DNA of 64,000 nt, taken from Candidatus Aenigmatarchaeota archaeon (lineage in GTDB: Archaea > Aenigmatarchaeota > Aenigmatarchaeia > QMZP01 > QMZT01). Of the stretch, positions 19,841 to 29,108 are shown piece by piece; position 1 is the stretch's first letter; each line of letters opens with the position of its first letter. A model generated the notes under the pieces. It worked only from the letters and a program-made list of their open reading frames with translations, did not search any database and was not told the origin of the DNA. Made by a program: the position numbers and the translations under genes. The stretch lies in assembly GCA_026397315.1 (NCBI GenBank), contig JAPLVC010000004.1, forward strand, positions 1 through 64,000, given 5' to 3'.

Positions 19841-20404
19841 ATGACTGTCATGAAAAATCTGGGAATCCCCAAAAGGGGCAGCGCATGCCTCGTCATAATC
19901 GACGTGCAGCAACGCTTCCGCGGGGCGATTTTCGAGTTCGGCAAAATGTCAGCCAGCGTAAGCAAGCTGGCCGAAGCGTTCAGGATGCTCGGCATCCCGA
20001 TAATAATCACCGAGCAGAACCCTGAGAAGCTCGGAAAAACGATTCCGGAAATCACCAATGAGCTTGGAGAGTTCAAGCCGGTCGCAAAAATGCATTTCTC
20101 CTGCTGCGACGAGAAGGATTTCATGAAAGCGCTTAAGGCGACGAAAGCGAAAGACGTCATTCTCTGCGGGCTCGAGACGCACGTGTGCGTGCTTAAAACG
20201 GCGTTAGATCTGATGAAAAGCGGCCGCAACGTCTACCTGGTCTGCGACGCAGTTTCGTCAAGAAAGGCGATGGATAGCGAAGTCGCCATAAAACGGCTCG
20301 TCCATTCTGGCGTTTTCCTGACAACTGTGGAATCAATAATTTTCCAGCTCATCGACAAGGCGGGCACGGAAGAATTCAGGAAGATTTTTCACCTGATAAA
20401 ATAA
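19841..20404 (+). CDS. isochorismatase-family cysteine hydrolase
   Basis: CLVIIDVQ N-terminal motif and catalytic Cys in LVCDAVS. Confidence 0.75.
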   Translation: MTVMKNLGIPKRGSACLVIIDVQQRFRGAIFEFGKMSASVSKLAEAFRMLGIPIIITEQNPEKLGKTIPEITNELGEFKPVAKMHFSCCDEKDFMKALKATKAKDVILCGLETHVCVLKTALDLMKSGRNVYLVCDAVSSRKAMDSEVAIKRLVHSGVFLTTVESIIFQLIDKAGTEEFRKIFHLIK

Positions 20405-20427
20405 AATTTAAAAAAGTACAACCGGTT

Positions 20428-21357
20428 TCACACGCTTATTCTTAATTTTCCCATCCCGCCCGTGTACAGGACGACTTTTCTGGCAGCGTCCTCGTTCATG
20501 ATGTAATCGCTCGACGGGCGAAAATCGCATCCAACGGCCCTGCCGATTTCAAGCTTCGGGTTCCCTAACATAAATCCGTTCTCGTATATCTCCACGAGCG
20601 GAGCCAGTGGGTTGGGCCTCGATGATGCGACAGCCGATTGGCCATCTTCCGAGCCCGGGCATGGTTTTAAATCAGATACCGCATCGTAAGCGGCAAACGT
20701 GGAAACTATGTCCTTTGCCCTTCCCGTCATCATGGCCGGCGTGTCTTTTACGTATTCGGCTTTTTCACAGTTTTTCAAATAGCTTATCGAACCGTCCTGG
20801 CCGCCCAGAATTGTATAATCCGGGCTTTTTCCCACCCTGACCATCCATTTTTTGTTTTTCCCGATGCCTTTGCCCACCAAAAAATTCACGAGCCTGTAAA
20901 CGCCTTCATGATGGCTGTTGCCCTGTCCCTTTTCTTTCTTGAGCCTTGCGTATTCGGTTATCAATCCCCATACACTGTGCGTGGCATGGCTCAAGCCAGA
21001 TTCAGTTATAAAACGATAATCATCCATGTCAGGATCGCTGCTCGGATAAAAGACTGGCGGATCCAGCACGTCTTTGCACCGGAGCAACTTATGCCTCATG
21101 TCCGCTCTTTTGAACAAAGAGAGGGCGTTAGCGCTGAGCCACGGTATTTCCATGACCCTTTGTGTGTTTTCAGCCACTTTCTCCCCGTTGGACAAGTCCA
21201 TGAAAATCTCATTCAGTATATTCATGCTGGTGCCGTGGGAAATGTTATGCAATTCCGAAAGAAGCCTCATTTCATTATTGTCAAAATCGGATGCGCTTGA
21301 AACCTTCGCTCTTATCTTTTTTATGCTTTCTGACAATGGCACATAGTTAGCTGTCAT
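20428..21357 (-). CDS. hypothetical protein (309 aa)
   Basis: Long ORF; no confident motif; C-terminal VVLYTGGMGKL is weakly reminiscent of sugar-kinase/ASKHA folds. Confidence 0.35.
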   Translation of the reverse strand: MTANYVPLSESIKKIRAKVSSASDFDNNEMRLLSELHNISHGTSMNILNEIFMDLSNGEKVAENTQRVMEIPWLSANALSLFKRADMRHKLLRCKDVLDPPVFYPSSDPDMDDYRFITESGLSHATHSVWGLITEYARLKKEKGQGNSHHEGVYRLVNFLVGKGIGKNKKWMVRVGKSPDYTILGGQDGSISYLKNCEKAEYVKDTPAMMTGRAKDIVSTFAAYDAVSDLKPCPGSEDGQSAVASSRPNPLAPLVEIYENGFMLGNPKLEIGRAVGCDFRPSSDYIMNEDAARKVVLYTGGMGKLRISV

Positions 21358-21519
21358 ATGTTATTCTAAAGTGGTAAATTTTAAATACTCAAGTTTTACC
21401 GCAGGCTTCCCCAGATCACTCACGGCGGTTTTTGGTATTTTCATCCCATATTTATATATTTCCGCTGCACGTTTATTTTCTATTAGGCTTTCAGTTTTCT
21501 TTAATTGTGAGTTGGTAAG

Positions 21520-22056
21520 ATGGACAAGATAACCGAGATTCGAATTCATGGAAGGGGAGGCCAGGGAGCGGTCACGACAGCAGAGCTCATGGCGGTCGCC
21601 GCGTTCAAAGACGGCAAGTTCAGCCAGGCCGTGCCCAAGTTCGGACCCGAACGCCGCGGCTCGCCTGTGGAAGCATACTGCAGGCTGGCGAAGGAATTCA
21701 TAACCCTGCGCACGCAGGTCTATGAGCCCGACTATGTGATAGTTCTCGACGAATCGCTAACGCACTCGCTCGACGTGACGACGGGTCTGAGGAAGGGTGG
21801 CGTCATACTCATCAATGCCGAAGGCAAGAAAGGCTTCGGCACATTCCCCACGTACACGGTCGACGCGAACAAGATTGCCATGGAAATTCTGGGCAGGCCG
21901 ATAGTCAACACCATAATGTTGGGAGCTTTCGCGAAGGCCACGAAACTGGTCACGCTGGAGAGCCTGGTAGAGGCGATAGGCGAGAGGTTCAGCGGCCCTG
22001 TAAAGGAAAAGAACATACTGGCGATAAAGCGCGCCTACGAGGAGACGAAAGCATGA
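21520..22056 (+). CDS. porG: pyruvate:ferredoxin oxidoreductase gamma subunit
   Basis: IRIHGRGGQGAVTTAELMAV N-terminus; 178 aa; first gene of a porGDAB cluster. Confidence 0.9.
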   Translation: MDKITEIRIHGRGGQGAVTTAELMAVAAFKDGKFSQAVPKFGPERRGSPVEAYCRLAKEFITLRTQVYEPDYVIVLDESLTHSLDVTTGLRKGGVILINAEGKKGFGTFPTYTVDANKIAMEILGRPIVNTIMLGAFAKATKLVTLESLVEAIGERFSGPVKEKNILAIKRAYEETKA

Positions 22057-22343
22057 CAGCCAAGGAGCATGACTTGAGCAGGGGCACCGTGTGCCCGAGC
22101 ACGAGCAACTCGAAGTCCAAGAAGACGGGCAGCTGGCGCTCCTTCAAGCCCGTTTTACTCAGCGACAAGTGTCGCGGATGCGGAATCTGCGCGCAGTATT
22201 GCCCGGAGGGCTGCATAGAGCTGCACGAAGTCGCCGGCAGCAAAACAAAAGTGGCGAAAGTTGATTATGATTATTGCAAAGGATGTTTGCTCTGCATGAC
22301 CCTTTGCCCGTTCAAGGCGATAGAGAAGAGCACGGAGAAGTAG
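22053..22343 (+). CDS. porD: pyruvate:ferredoxin oxidoreductase delta subunit (2x[4Fe-4S])
   Basis: [12 protein letters not shown] and [12 protein letters not shown] motifs; overlaps the porG stop. Confidence 0.9.
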   Translation: MTAKEHDLSRGTVCPSTSNSKSKKTGSWRSFKPVLLSDKCRGCGICAQYCPEGCIELHEVAGSKTKVAKVDYDYCKGCLLCMTLCPFKAIEKSTEK

Positions 22344-22374
22344 TTGAGATAAATAATAATATAGGTAATGATAT

Positions 22375-23538
22375 TATGACAAAAAAAGTAATGGAAGGAA
22401 GCCACGCGATCGCTGAAGCCGTTAAATTGTGTGAACCGGGTGTAATAGCAGCTTACCCGATTACGCCACAATTATTCAATGAACTTAGCTTTATTGAATA
22501 GTGGATACTCACATAATCGAGCGGCTCTCGGAGATAATCGCGGACGGCGAGATGGACGCGAAATACGTTAACGTCGAGTCCGAGCATTCGGCCATGTCCG
22601 TCTGCCTGGGCGCGCAGGCGACAGGCGTGCGCACGTTCACCGCGTCTTCAAGCCAGGGCCTCGCGCTGATGTACGAGATGTTATATATCGTCTCAGGCAT
22701 GCGCCTTCCGGTCGTTATGGTCAACGCTAACCGCGCGCTTTCCGCGCCGCTTAACATATGGAACGACTGGTCCGACTCTTTCGGAGCCAGGGACTCGGGA
22801 TGGATACAGTTATACTGCGAGAGCGCGCAGGAAGCGCTTGATACGGTGATACAGGCGTACAAAATCGCGGAAGACGCTCGAGTGCGATTGCCCGTCATGG
22901 TCTGCATAGACGGCTTCTTCCTGTCTCATGTTTACGAGCCCGTCGACATACCCGACGCGCAAGCGGTGGGCAAGTTCCTGCCCAAGTTCGCCGGTCCTGT
23001 CATCGACTTTGACAAGCCGGTCAGCCAGGGCATGTGGGCCGGGCCGGAATGCTATCAGGATTTCAAGAAGGAGCAAAATGATGCCATGATCAGGGCGATG
23101 GAAGTCATACACGAGATCAACAAGGAGTTCAAGGAGCAGTTCGGCCGCGGCTACGGCAACGGGTTCATCGAGACGTACAACATGGAGAACGCCAAATACG
23201 CGCTGATAACCATGGGCTCGCTCGCAGGGACGGCGAAGCACGTCATCCGCGAGAACAAGATTCACGACGTCGGCCTCATACGCATCAAGAGCTTCAGGCC
23301 GTTCCCGTTCGCCGAGATAAAGAAGGCCATAAAGGACGTCCATGCCTTGGGTGTTCTGGAAAAGAATCTTTCACCAGGTTTGGGCGGGGCGCTGTGTCAC
23401 GAGGTCCGCGGCATGGTGAAGACGAAGAACGTCAGCTCGTTCATCGGCGGCCTCGGAGGGCGTGACGTCAAGATTGATGATTTCATGAAAATTTTCGATG
23501 ATATCCGCCATGAGAAAAAGGAGCTTGTCTGGGTGTAA
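22375..23538 (+). pseudogene. porA: pyruvate:ferredoxin oxidoreductase alpha subunit, interrupted after codon 41 by a 35-nt palindromic insertion that adds a frameshift and an in-frame stop
   Basis: N-terminal exon [32 protein letters not shown] (22375-22471, frame 2) is followed by inserted sequence up to the TAG at 22497-22499. The rest of PorA (THIIERLSEI...SEHSAMS...) continues from 22507 in frame 1 (GTG at 22501). The insertion 22472-22506 contains the inverted repeat tattcaat/attgaata. Confidence 0.7.
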
Positions 23539-23540
23539 CT

Positions 23541-24452
23541 ATGACGAATGAAACTAAGGCGAAAGGCTGCGAAGGATGCGCATTGTTCTTCCAGGGCGCG
23601 AGCAACTGTTCCGGATGCCCTGAGACAATTGCAGTCCGCACAATCCTCGGCGTCGCCGGCAGGAACACTGTGATAGTCAACGCGACGTCCTGCCTGGAAA
23701 TATTCAGCTCCCAGTATCCCAACACTTCCTGGGGCGTCAATTACATTCACGGAGCTTTCGAGAATACTGCGGCGATTGCTGGCGGCGTGTCGCTAGCCCT
23801 GGAAAAGCAGGGACGCGAAGCGAATGTGATTGCCATCGCGGGCGACGGAGGCACGCTCGACATAGGACTGCAGGCGCTGTCCGGCATGCTGGAGCGCGGA
23901 GAAAAGGTATGTTACATCTGCCTCGACAACGAGGCTTACATGAACACGGGCGTGCAGCGCTCGAGCGCGACGCCTTTCGGTGCGTCGACCACGACCAGCC
24001 CGTCGGGTTCGGTGAAACCCGGCAACCTGACCATGAAAAAATCGATAGTCGACATTGTTGCGGCGCATCACATCCCCTACATAGCGACCGCGACCGTCGG
24101 ACACGTCGACGACCTTAAGGCGAAAGTGGCGAAAGCGCTGAAGAAGGAGAACCAGCCGTCTTTCATCCACGTCCTGAACCCGTGCCCTCTGGGCTGGAGG
24201 TTCGACTCATGGAGAACCGTCGAAATGGCGAGGCTAGCTGTAGATACGGGCATGTGGATACTTTTCGAGAGCGAAAAAGGAAAGATGAAAATAACCAAGG
24301 AAGTCGTCGAGAGGAAACCGGTCGAGGAATATCTCAAGGCTCAAGGACGTTTTTCCCACTTATTTAAACCGGAGAACAATCATATTATAAAAAAGATTCA
24401 GGAGCACATGGACAGCGAATGGGAGCGGACTAACAAAATGTGTTCTGAATGA
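23541..24452 (+). CDS. porB: pyruvate:ferredoxin oxidoreductase beta subunit (TPP-binding)
   Basis: GCPETIAVRTIL, GDGG and LDNEAYMNTG TPP-binding motifs. Confidence 0.9.
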   Translation: MTNETKAKGCEGCALFFQGASNCSGCPETIAVRTILGVAGRNTVIVNATSCLEIFSSQYPNTSWGVNYIHGAFENTAAIAGGVSLALEKQGREANVIAIAGDGGTLDIGLQALSGMLERGEKVCYICLDNEAYMNTGVQRSSATPFGASTTTSPSGSVKPGNLTMKKSIVDIVAAHHIPYIATATVGHVDDLKAKVAKALKKENQPSFIHVLNPCPLGWRFDSWRTVEMARLAVDTGMWILFESEKGKMKITKEVVERKPVEEYLKAQGRFSHLFKPENNHIIKKIQEHMDSEWERTNKMCSE

Positions 24453-24497
24453 TCCGCCGGCAATCTGGCAATGTTTTCAAGACGGAGGTGTTTTGAT

Positions 24498-24689
24498 ATG
24501 TCTTTCAGAATAATACAGGACCACGGTGCGTGCATAGGATGCGGCGCGTGCGCAGCGGTATGCCCTGACAACTGGGCGATGGACGGAGCGAAAGCGAAGC
24601 CCAAGAAGACCGAAGTCAAGGAGCTTGGCTGTAACAAAGAAGCGATGGACGCCTGCCCGGTGCAGTGCATAAAGATGAAGAAACTCTGA
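24498..24689 (+). CDS. fdx: 4Fe-4S ferredoxin
   Basis: CIGCGACAAVCP motif plus a distal Cys (CPVQC); start placed at the Met preceded by GGAGGTG. Confidence 0.75.
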   Translation: MSFRIIQDHGACIGCGACAAVCPDNWAMDGAKAKPKKTEVKELGCNKEAMDACPVQCIKMKKL

Positions 24690-24720
24690 AGTTATTATAA
24701 AATTCCGAGGGGGAATTGAT

Positions 24721-25401
24721 ATGTTCGGTTTATTCAAAAAGAAAAAGGACGGCAAGCCAGTCTACATATTATCGGCTGCCCTGATAATAGCGGTCATAGC
24801 CATTTCGCTTTCGGCAATTTTCATATACAACATGAACAGGCCCGTAAACCCGAACGGCAACGGCAGCAATCAAACGGTCGGCGGCATCTCACTCGACAAC
24901 GACCCGATGCTCGGGCCAGCGGACGCGAAGGTCACGATAGTCGAATTCTCGGAATTCGTCTGCCCGTTCTGCGGGCGCTTCGCGCGTGATACTTTCCCGC
25001 AAATCAAGGCGAACTACATCGACACGAGCAAGGTGCGCTTCGTCTTCCGCGACTACATAGTCCATCCGACTGCACAAATCGCGTCGGAAGCGAGCGAGTG
25101 CGCGTATGAACAGGGGAACGACAAATACTGGGCCTACAACGAGAAGCTGTTCAACAACCAGGGCGCGCTGACCAGCGACGACCTTAAGGCGTACGCTAGC
25201 GCACTCGGCCTCGACACGGCGAAATTCAATGAATGCCTGGACTCCGGCAAGTACAAGGCCGACGTTGATAAAGACACGGCCGAAGGACGCTCGTACGGAG
25301 TGACAGGCACGCCGACGTTTTTCATCAACGGCAAGAAGTTCGTGGGCGCGCAGCCTTACGCAAAGTTCCAAGCTGAAATAGACGCGGCGCTAGCTGGCTG
25401 A
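24721..25401 (+). CDS. DsbA-family thiol:disulfide oxidoreductase, membrane-anchored
   Basis: N-terminal TM helix; thioredoxin-fold active site CPFC; TGTPTFFINGK motif. Confidence 0.8.
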   Translation: MFGLFKKKKDGKPVYILSAALIIAVIAISLSAIFIYNMNRPVNPNGNGSNQTVGGISLDNDPMLGPADAKVTIVEFSEFVCPFCGRFARDTFPQIKANYIDTSKVRFVFRDYIVHPTAQIASEASECAYEQGNDKYWAYNEKLFNNQGALTSDDLKAYASALGLDTAKFNECLDSGKYKADVDKDTAEGRSYGVTGTPTFFINGKKFVGAQPYAKFQAEIDAALAG

Positions 25402-25415
25402 TTGCACGCGGCAGC

Positions 25416-26717
25416 ATGCCGCTTCTTTTTATTTTAATTTTACAATTCCTTACCATGGAGCTCAGTCTTTCGGATTTCGACATCGAGATGCAGGATTACG
25501 AGGTCAGGAAAACCAGCAAGTTCGACAGGATATGGAAGATAGGCTTCGGCGGAAGCCTGAGCACGGTTCCGGAGTTCATGGGAAAGCTGGTTTATTTCGG
25601 CGCTTACGACCATTACATTTATGCCATCCGCAAAAATGACGGCAAGCTGGAATGGCAATTCAAAGGTGACGGCGGCTTCACTTTCGGCACGCTGGCAGAT
25701 GGCGGCATGCTGTATGCGGGCTCATATAACGGCACTTTTTACGCGCTTGACGCTTCGTCCGGAAAAATGGCATGGCATTTCAGGGCCGGCGACCAGATAA
25801 TGTGCATCCCCTGTTCTTACGGAAATAACGTTTATTTCGGTTCCAAGGACGGCTATGTTTACTGCCTTGACAAGAAGAACGGCAAGGAAGTCTGGAGGTT
25901 CAGAACAGGGGACTGCATAGCATCGGTCCCGACTATTTACAAAGGCACGTTGTTCATCGGCTCTTTTGACGGTTACGTTTATCAGATCGATGCCGTGAGC
26001 GGAAAGGAAGTCTGGAGGTTCAAGACGGGCGGTGAAATATGTAACAATTACCGGTTCACCATCAAAGACGACACGCTATACGTAAGCTCTTTCGACAACT
26101 ATCTTTACGCCATAAACATCAGGACAAAAAAAGTGATATGGCGCTTCAGAACCGGGCAGTACGGTAACGCCAGCAGCCCGCTGGCAACCGACAGCATGAT
26201 TTATCATGGCTCCAGGGATGGTGTGATGTACGCCATTGAAAACGGGACGGGCAGGGAGATTTGGAGATTCACGATCAACAGCCAGGAGATAATAGGCGGA
26301 ATACCGGTCCTACATCATGGCGTTTTGTACTTCAGCGCCGGCGACGGCAATGTGTATGCGCTCGTCCCGGAGACTGGAAAGGAGCTCTGGCGCTTCAAGA
26401 CGGGCGGGCAGATTTACGAGGGAGTGGGCATAGACGGTGACGTGCTTTACGTCGGCTCGTACGACTGCCACATTTACGCGGTTGACCTTGAAAGCAGGGA
26501 GGAAATCTGGAGATTCACCACCAACACGCTCCAGCAGTCGCAAATCCCCCCATTGAACGAGGGCTTCGAACTCGTCGTCAAGAAATCCGCTTCGGAAGAG
26601 AGCCTCGAAGAAAATGACAGGTATGAGGTCAACGTTTCCGCCGTTTCAGGCGGCGAATACAAGTCGGAAAGCGAGTATCAGATAAAAGTCGAATATCACC
26701 AGAAGATGAAATACTAA
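25416..26717 (+). CDS. PQQ-like beta-propeller repeat protein (no signal peptide)
   Basis: At least 8 repeats of the G-x-VY.GS.DG.[VL]YA[LI]D.x.[ST]G...W pattern; the C-terminal tail is rich in EY/KSEY. Confidence 0.7.
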   Translation: MPLLFILILQFLTMELSLSDFDIEMQDYEVRKTSKFDRIWKIGFGGSLSTVPEFMGKLVYFGAYDHYIYAIRKNDGKLEWQFKGDGGFTFGTLADGGMLYAGSYNGTFYALDASSGKMAWHFRAGDQIMCIPCSYGNNVYFGSKDGYVYCLDKKNGKEVWRFRTGDCIASVPTIYKGTLFIGSFDGYVYQIDAVSGKEVWRFKTGGEICNNYRFTIKDDTLYVSSFDNYLYAINIRTKKVIWRFRTGQYGNASSPLATDSMIYHGSRDGVMYAIENGTGREIWRFTINSQEIIGGIPVLHHGVLYFSAGDGNVYALVPETGKELWRFKTGGQIYEGVGIDGDVLYVGSYDCHIYAVDLESREEIWRFTTNTLQQSQIPPLNEGFELVVKKSASEESLEENDRYEVNVSAVSGGEYKSESEYQIKVEYHQKMKY

Positions 26718-26745
26718 ATAAAAACCCTTTTATCAATCTTATTTC

Positions 26746-28017
26746 ATGGATCAGTCATTCTCTTTCGAGGATTTTGCAATCGAGCTCGAGGAGTTCGAGA
26801 TCAATAAGAAACGCATGTTCGACCGCATGTGGAAAGTCGGCGAAGGCGGAAGCACATTGAACAGCCCGCTCGTTGTAGGGAGAACGGTTTATTTTGGCGC
26901 GATGGATTCTTACGTTTACGCGGTCGATGCTGAAACAGGAAATGAAAAATGGAGATACAAGACATCAAACCTCATATATTTCTCTTCACCCGTTGCCTGC
27001 AACGATGTCATCTACATAGGCAGCTACGATTACTGCCTGCATGCAATTTCCATGGAAGGCAAGAACATCTGGAAGTTCAGGACGGGCGGCGAGATCTTTT
27101 CGACGCCTTTGGTTTACGACGGCAAAATTTATTTCGGCTCGAGAGACGGATATGTTTATTGCATAGACGCGGCAAAAGGCAAGGAGCTCTGGAGATTCAA
27201 GACCGGCGGAGAGGTCGTGAGTTCGGCCACTGCAAAGGACGGGAGAGTTTTCATAGCCAGCTTTGACGGCAACATGTACTGCCTTGACGCCGAAACGGGC
27301 AAGGAAGTCTGGAGGTTCAAGACCGGGGAAGAGATACTGAGCTGTTCGAATTTTTTTGCCCACGAAAATATTTTGTACTTCGGTTCCATGGACAATTACT
27401 TGTATGCGGTCAACTGCAGAAACGGGAAGGAGATATGGAGGTTCAGAACCGGAAAATACGGAAATTCAGGCGTGCCCACGATACATAAAAACGTTCTCTA
27501 TCACGGATGCAGGGACGGCTATCTTTACGCGTTGAATCCTAATACCGGAAAGGAGATATGGAGGTTCAGGGCTGATGACGATGTGACAGGCTCGGACCCG
27601 TTTGTGTTCAAGGACAGGATATACTTTTGCGATGAAAGCGGGAACATATACGTTCTCAACACTGATGGCAAGCCGGTCTGGAGAGCAAAGATAAACGGTG
27701 CGAGCTGGGGGGTTCCCGCGATTTACAAAAACACGGTATTCTTCTGTTCCGCTGACTGTTATCTTCACGCATTAGATACCGATAGCGGAAAGGAATTATG
27801 GAGGTTCGCCACCTCGAATCTCATGAAAGCGTACATACCGCCTCCGCACGAAATCTTCGAGGCCACGGTCAAGAAGTCGCATTCTCAGGATGACGGGCAA
27901 GAGGCCGGCCGTAAATACGACTTCTCTCGCGCCGAAGCGGCGGACGGCAGCGAATATCATTTCAAGAGCGACTACCATTTCAAGTCCGAATATCAGCAGA
28001 AATCCGAGTACAAATGA
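26746..28017 (+). CDS. PQQ-like beta-propeller repeat protein (paralog of preceding gene)
   Basis: Same repeat pattern; the conserved C-terminal block IPP.E.FE..VKKS is followed by YHFKSDYHFKSEYQQKSEYK. Confidence 0.7.
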   Translation: MDQSFSFEDFAIELEEFEINKKRMFDRMWKVGEGGSTLNSPLVVGRTVYFGAMDSYVYAVDAETGNEKWRYKTSNLIYFSSPVACNDVIYIGSYDYCLHAISMEGKNIWKFRTGGEIFSTPLVYDGKIYFGSRDGYVYCIDAAKGKELWRFKTGGEVVSSATAKDGRVFIASFDGNMYCLDAETGKEVWRFKTGEEILSCSNFFAHENILYFGSMDNYLYAVNCRNGKEIWRFRTGKYGNSGVPTIHKNVLYHGCRDGYLYALNPNTGKEIWRFRADDDVTGSDPFVFKDRIYFCDESGNIYVLNTDGKPVWRAKINGASWGVPAIYKNTVFFCSADCYLHALDTDSGKELWRFATSNLMKAYIPPPHEIFEATVKKSHSQDDGQEAGRKYDFSRAEAADGSEYHFKSDYHFKSEYQQKSEYK

Positions 28018-29060
28018 GCACAAGCACCGGATTTAAAACTTTTACCGAATATTCAATCATGGGACTGTTCAGCAGCTACAATTTCAGGAAAAGCCTTTAC
28101 AAGAAACTGCTTGCCGATTACAAGACGCAGCTCATGGCGCACTGCGATTTCGATGCGCTACAGGCAGACAACTACATTACCGCGAACAGCGACAAGGTCG
28201 ATTTCGAGGTAAACAAAGCCGTTTTCATGAAGGCAGGCGAGTTCACGGAGACCGTGGCCAACAAGCCCGCGAACATGGAAGCCCTCAACGTGTCCCATAA
28301 GAGGTATGGCTACACCAAGCACGAAATTTTCGGCGACAGGGAAATACGACTCGAACTGACCCCCGTCAACGAGTTCCTCGATGATCCGCTGAGCATGGAA
28401 GAGCTGAACAAATACATCAAGGAAAAAGGCCTACCCAGCGACATCAAATTGCAGCAGGTACTCAGCGGCGATTTCAACGGACTTGTCGCGGAGTTCTACA
28501 GGCACTTCCTGGGCGACAAGCAGTTCAGACTTTACAAGCCGGATGCCCAGAACTTCACAGCCGAGAACGTTTACATGTTCCCGTGGCAATACCTGAGAGT
28601 CGCCGGAACAAAAGGAGGCGACTGCGAAGACAAGGCAATTTTCTTCACCAGGCTGACCACCATGCCCGCCAAGAACTCGCTTAGCCCGGAGGATTACAAA
28701 AGCATTCTTATGCCGCTCGTGCATGTGGTTGCCGGTGACCTGAAGAATTACGGCGGTCACGTGCAGGCGTCGTTCCTGGACACGGACAACCTCATGACGC
28801 ACAGGGTCGCGGAAACCACACTACATCCGCCCAGAGGCCAGAACGAGGACTCGTTTTTCAGCAGCCGCATAAGAAACGTCAGCAGCTTCGACGCGCTGCC
28901 CGTGCTGGGAAGAAGCGCAGAATGCGTGGAGAATTTGCACCTGGCCTTCAACGACGCGAGAATATGGAACAGGTTCAATCCAACACCGCCCAAGAAAGAT
29001 CGCAAACAGTTCGTTGCAGAGGCGGCATACGCTTTCGACGTTTCCAGTTTCAACTGGTAA
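28014..29060 (+). CDS. hypothetical protein, possible transglutaminase-like cysteine peptidase fold
   Basis: GDCEDKAIFF (G-x-C-x-x-x-A) followed by GGHVQASFLDTD (His/Asp candidates); overlaps the stop of the PQQ gene by 4 nt. Confidence 0.4.
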   Translation: MSTSTGFKTFTEYSIMGLFSSYNFRKSLYKKLLADYKTQLMAHCDFDALQADNYITANSDKVDFEVNKAVFMKAGEFTETVANKPANMEALNVSHKRYGYTKHEIFGDREIRLELTPVNEFLDDPLSMEELNKYIKEKGLPSDIKLQQVLSGDFNGLVAEFYRHFLGDKQFRLYKPDAQNFTAENVYMFPWQYLRVAGTKGGDCEDKAIFFTRLTTMPAKNSLSPEDYKSILMPLVHVVAGDLKNYGGHVQASFLDTDNLMTHRVAETTLHPPRGQNEDSFFSSRIRNVSSFDALPVLGRSAECVENLHLAFNDARIWNRFNPTPPKKDRKQFVAEAAYAFDVSSFNW

Positions 29061-29108
29061 TTTTACTTATTTATTCGGCTGCTTCCAACTATTCTATTAC
29101 TGGTAGCC

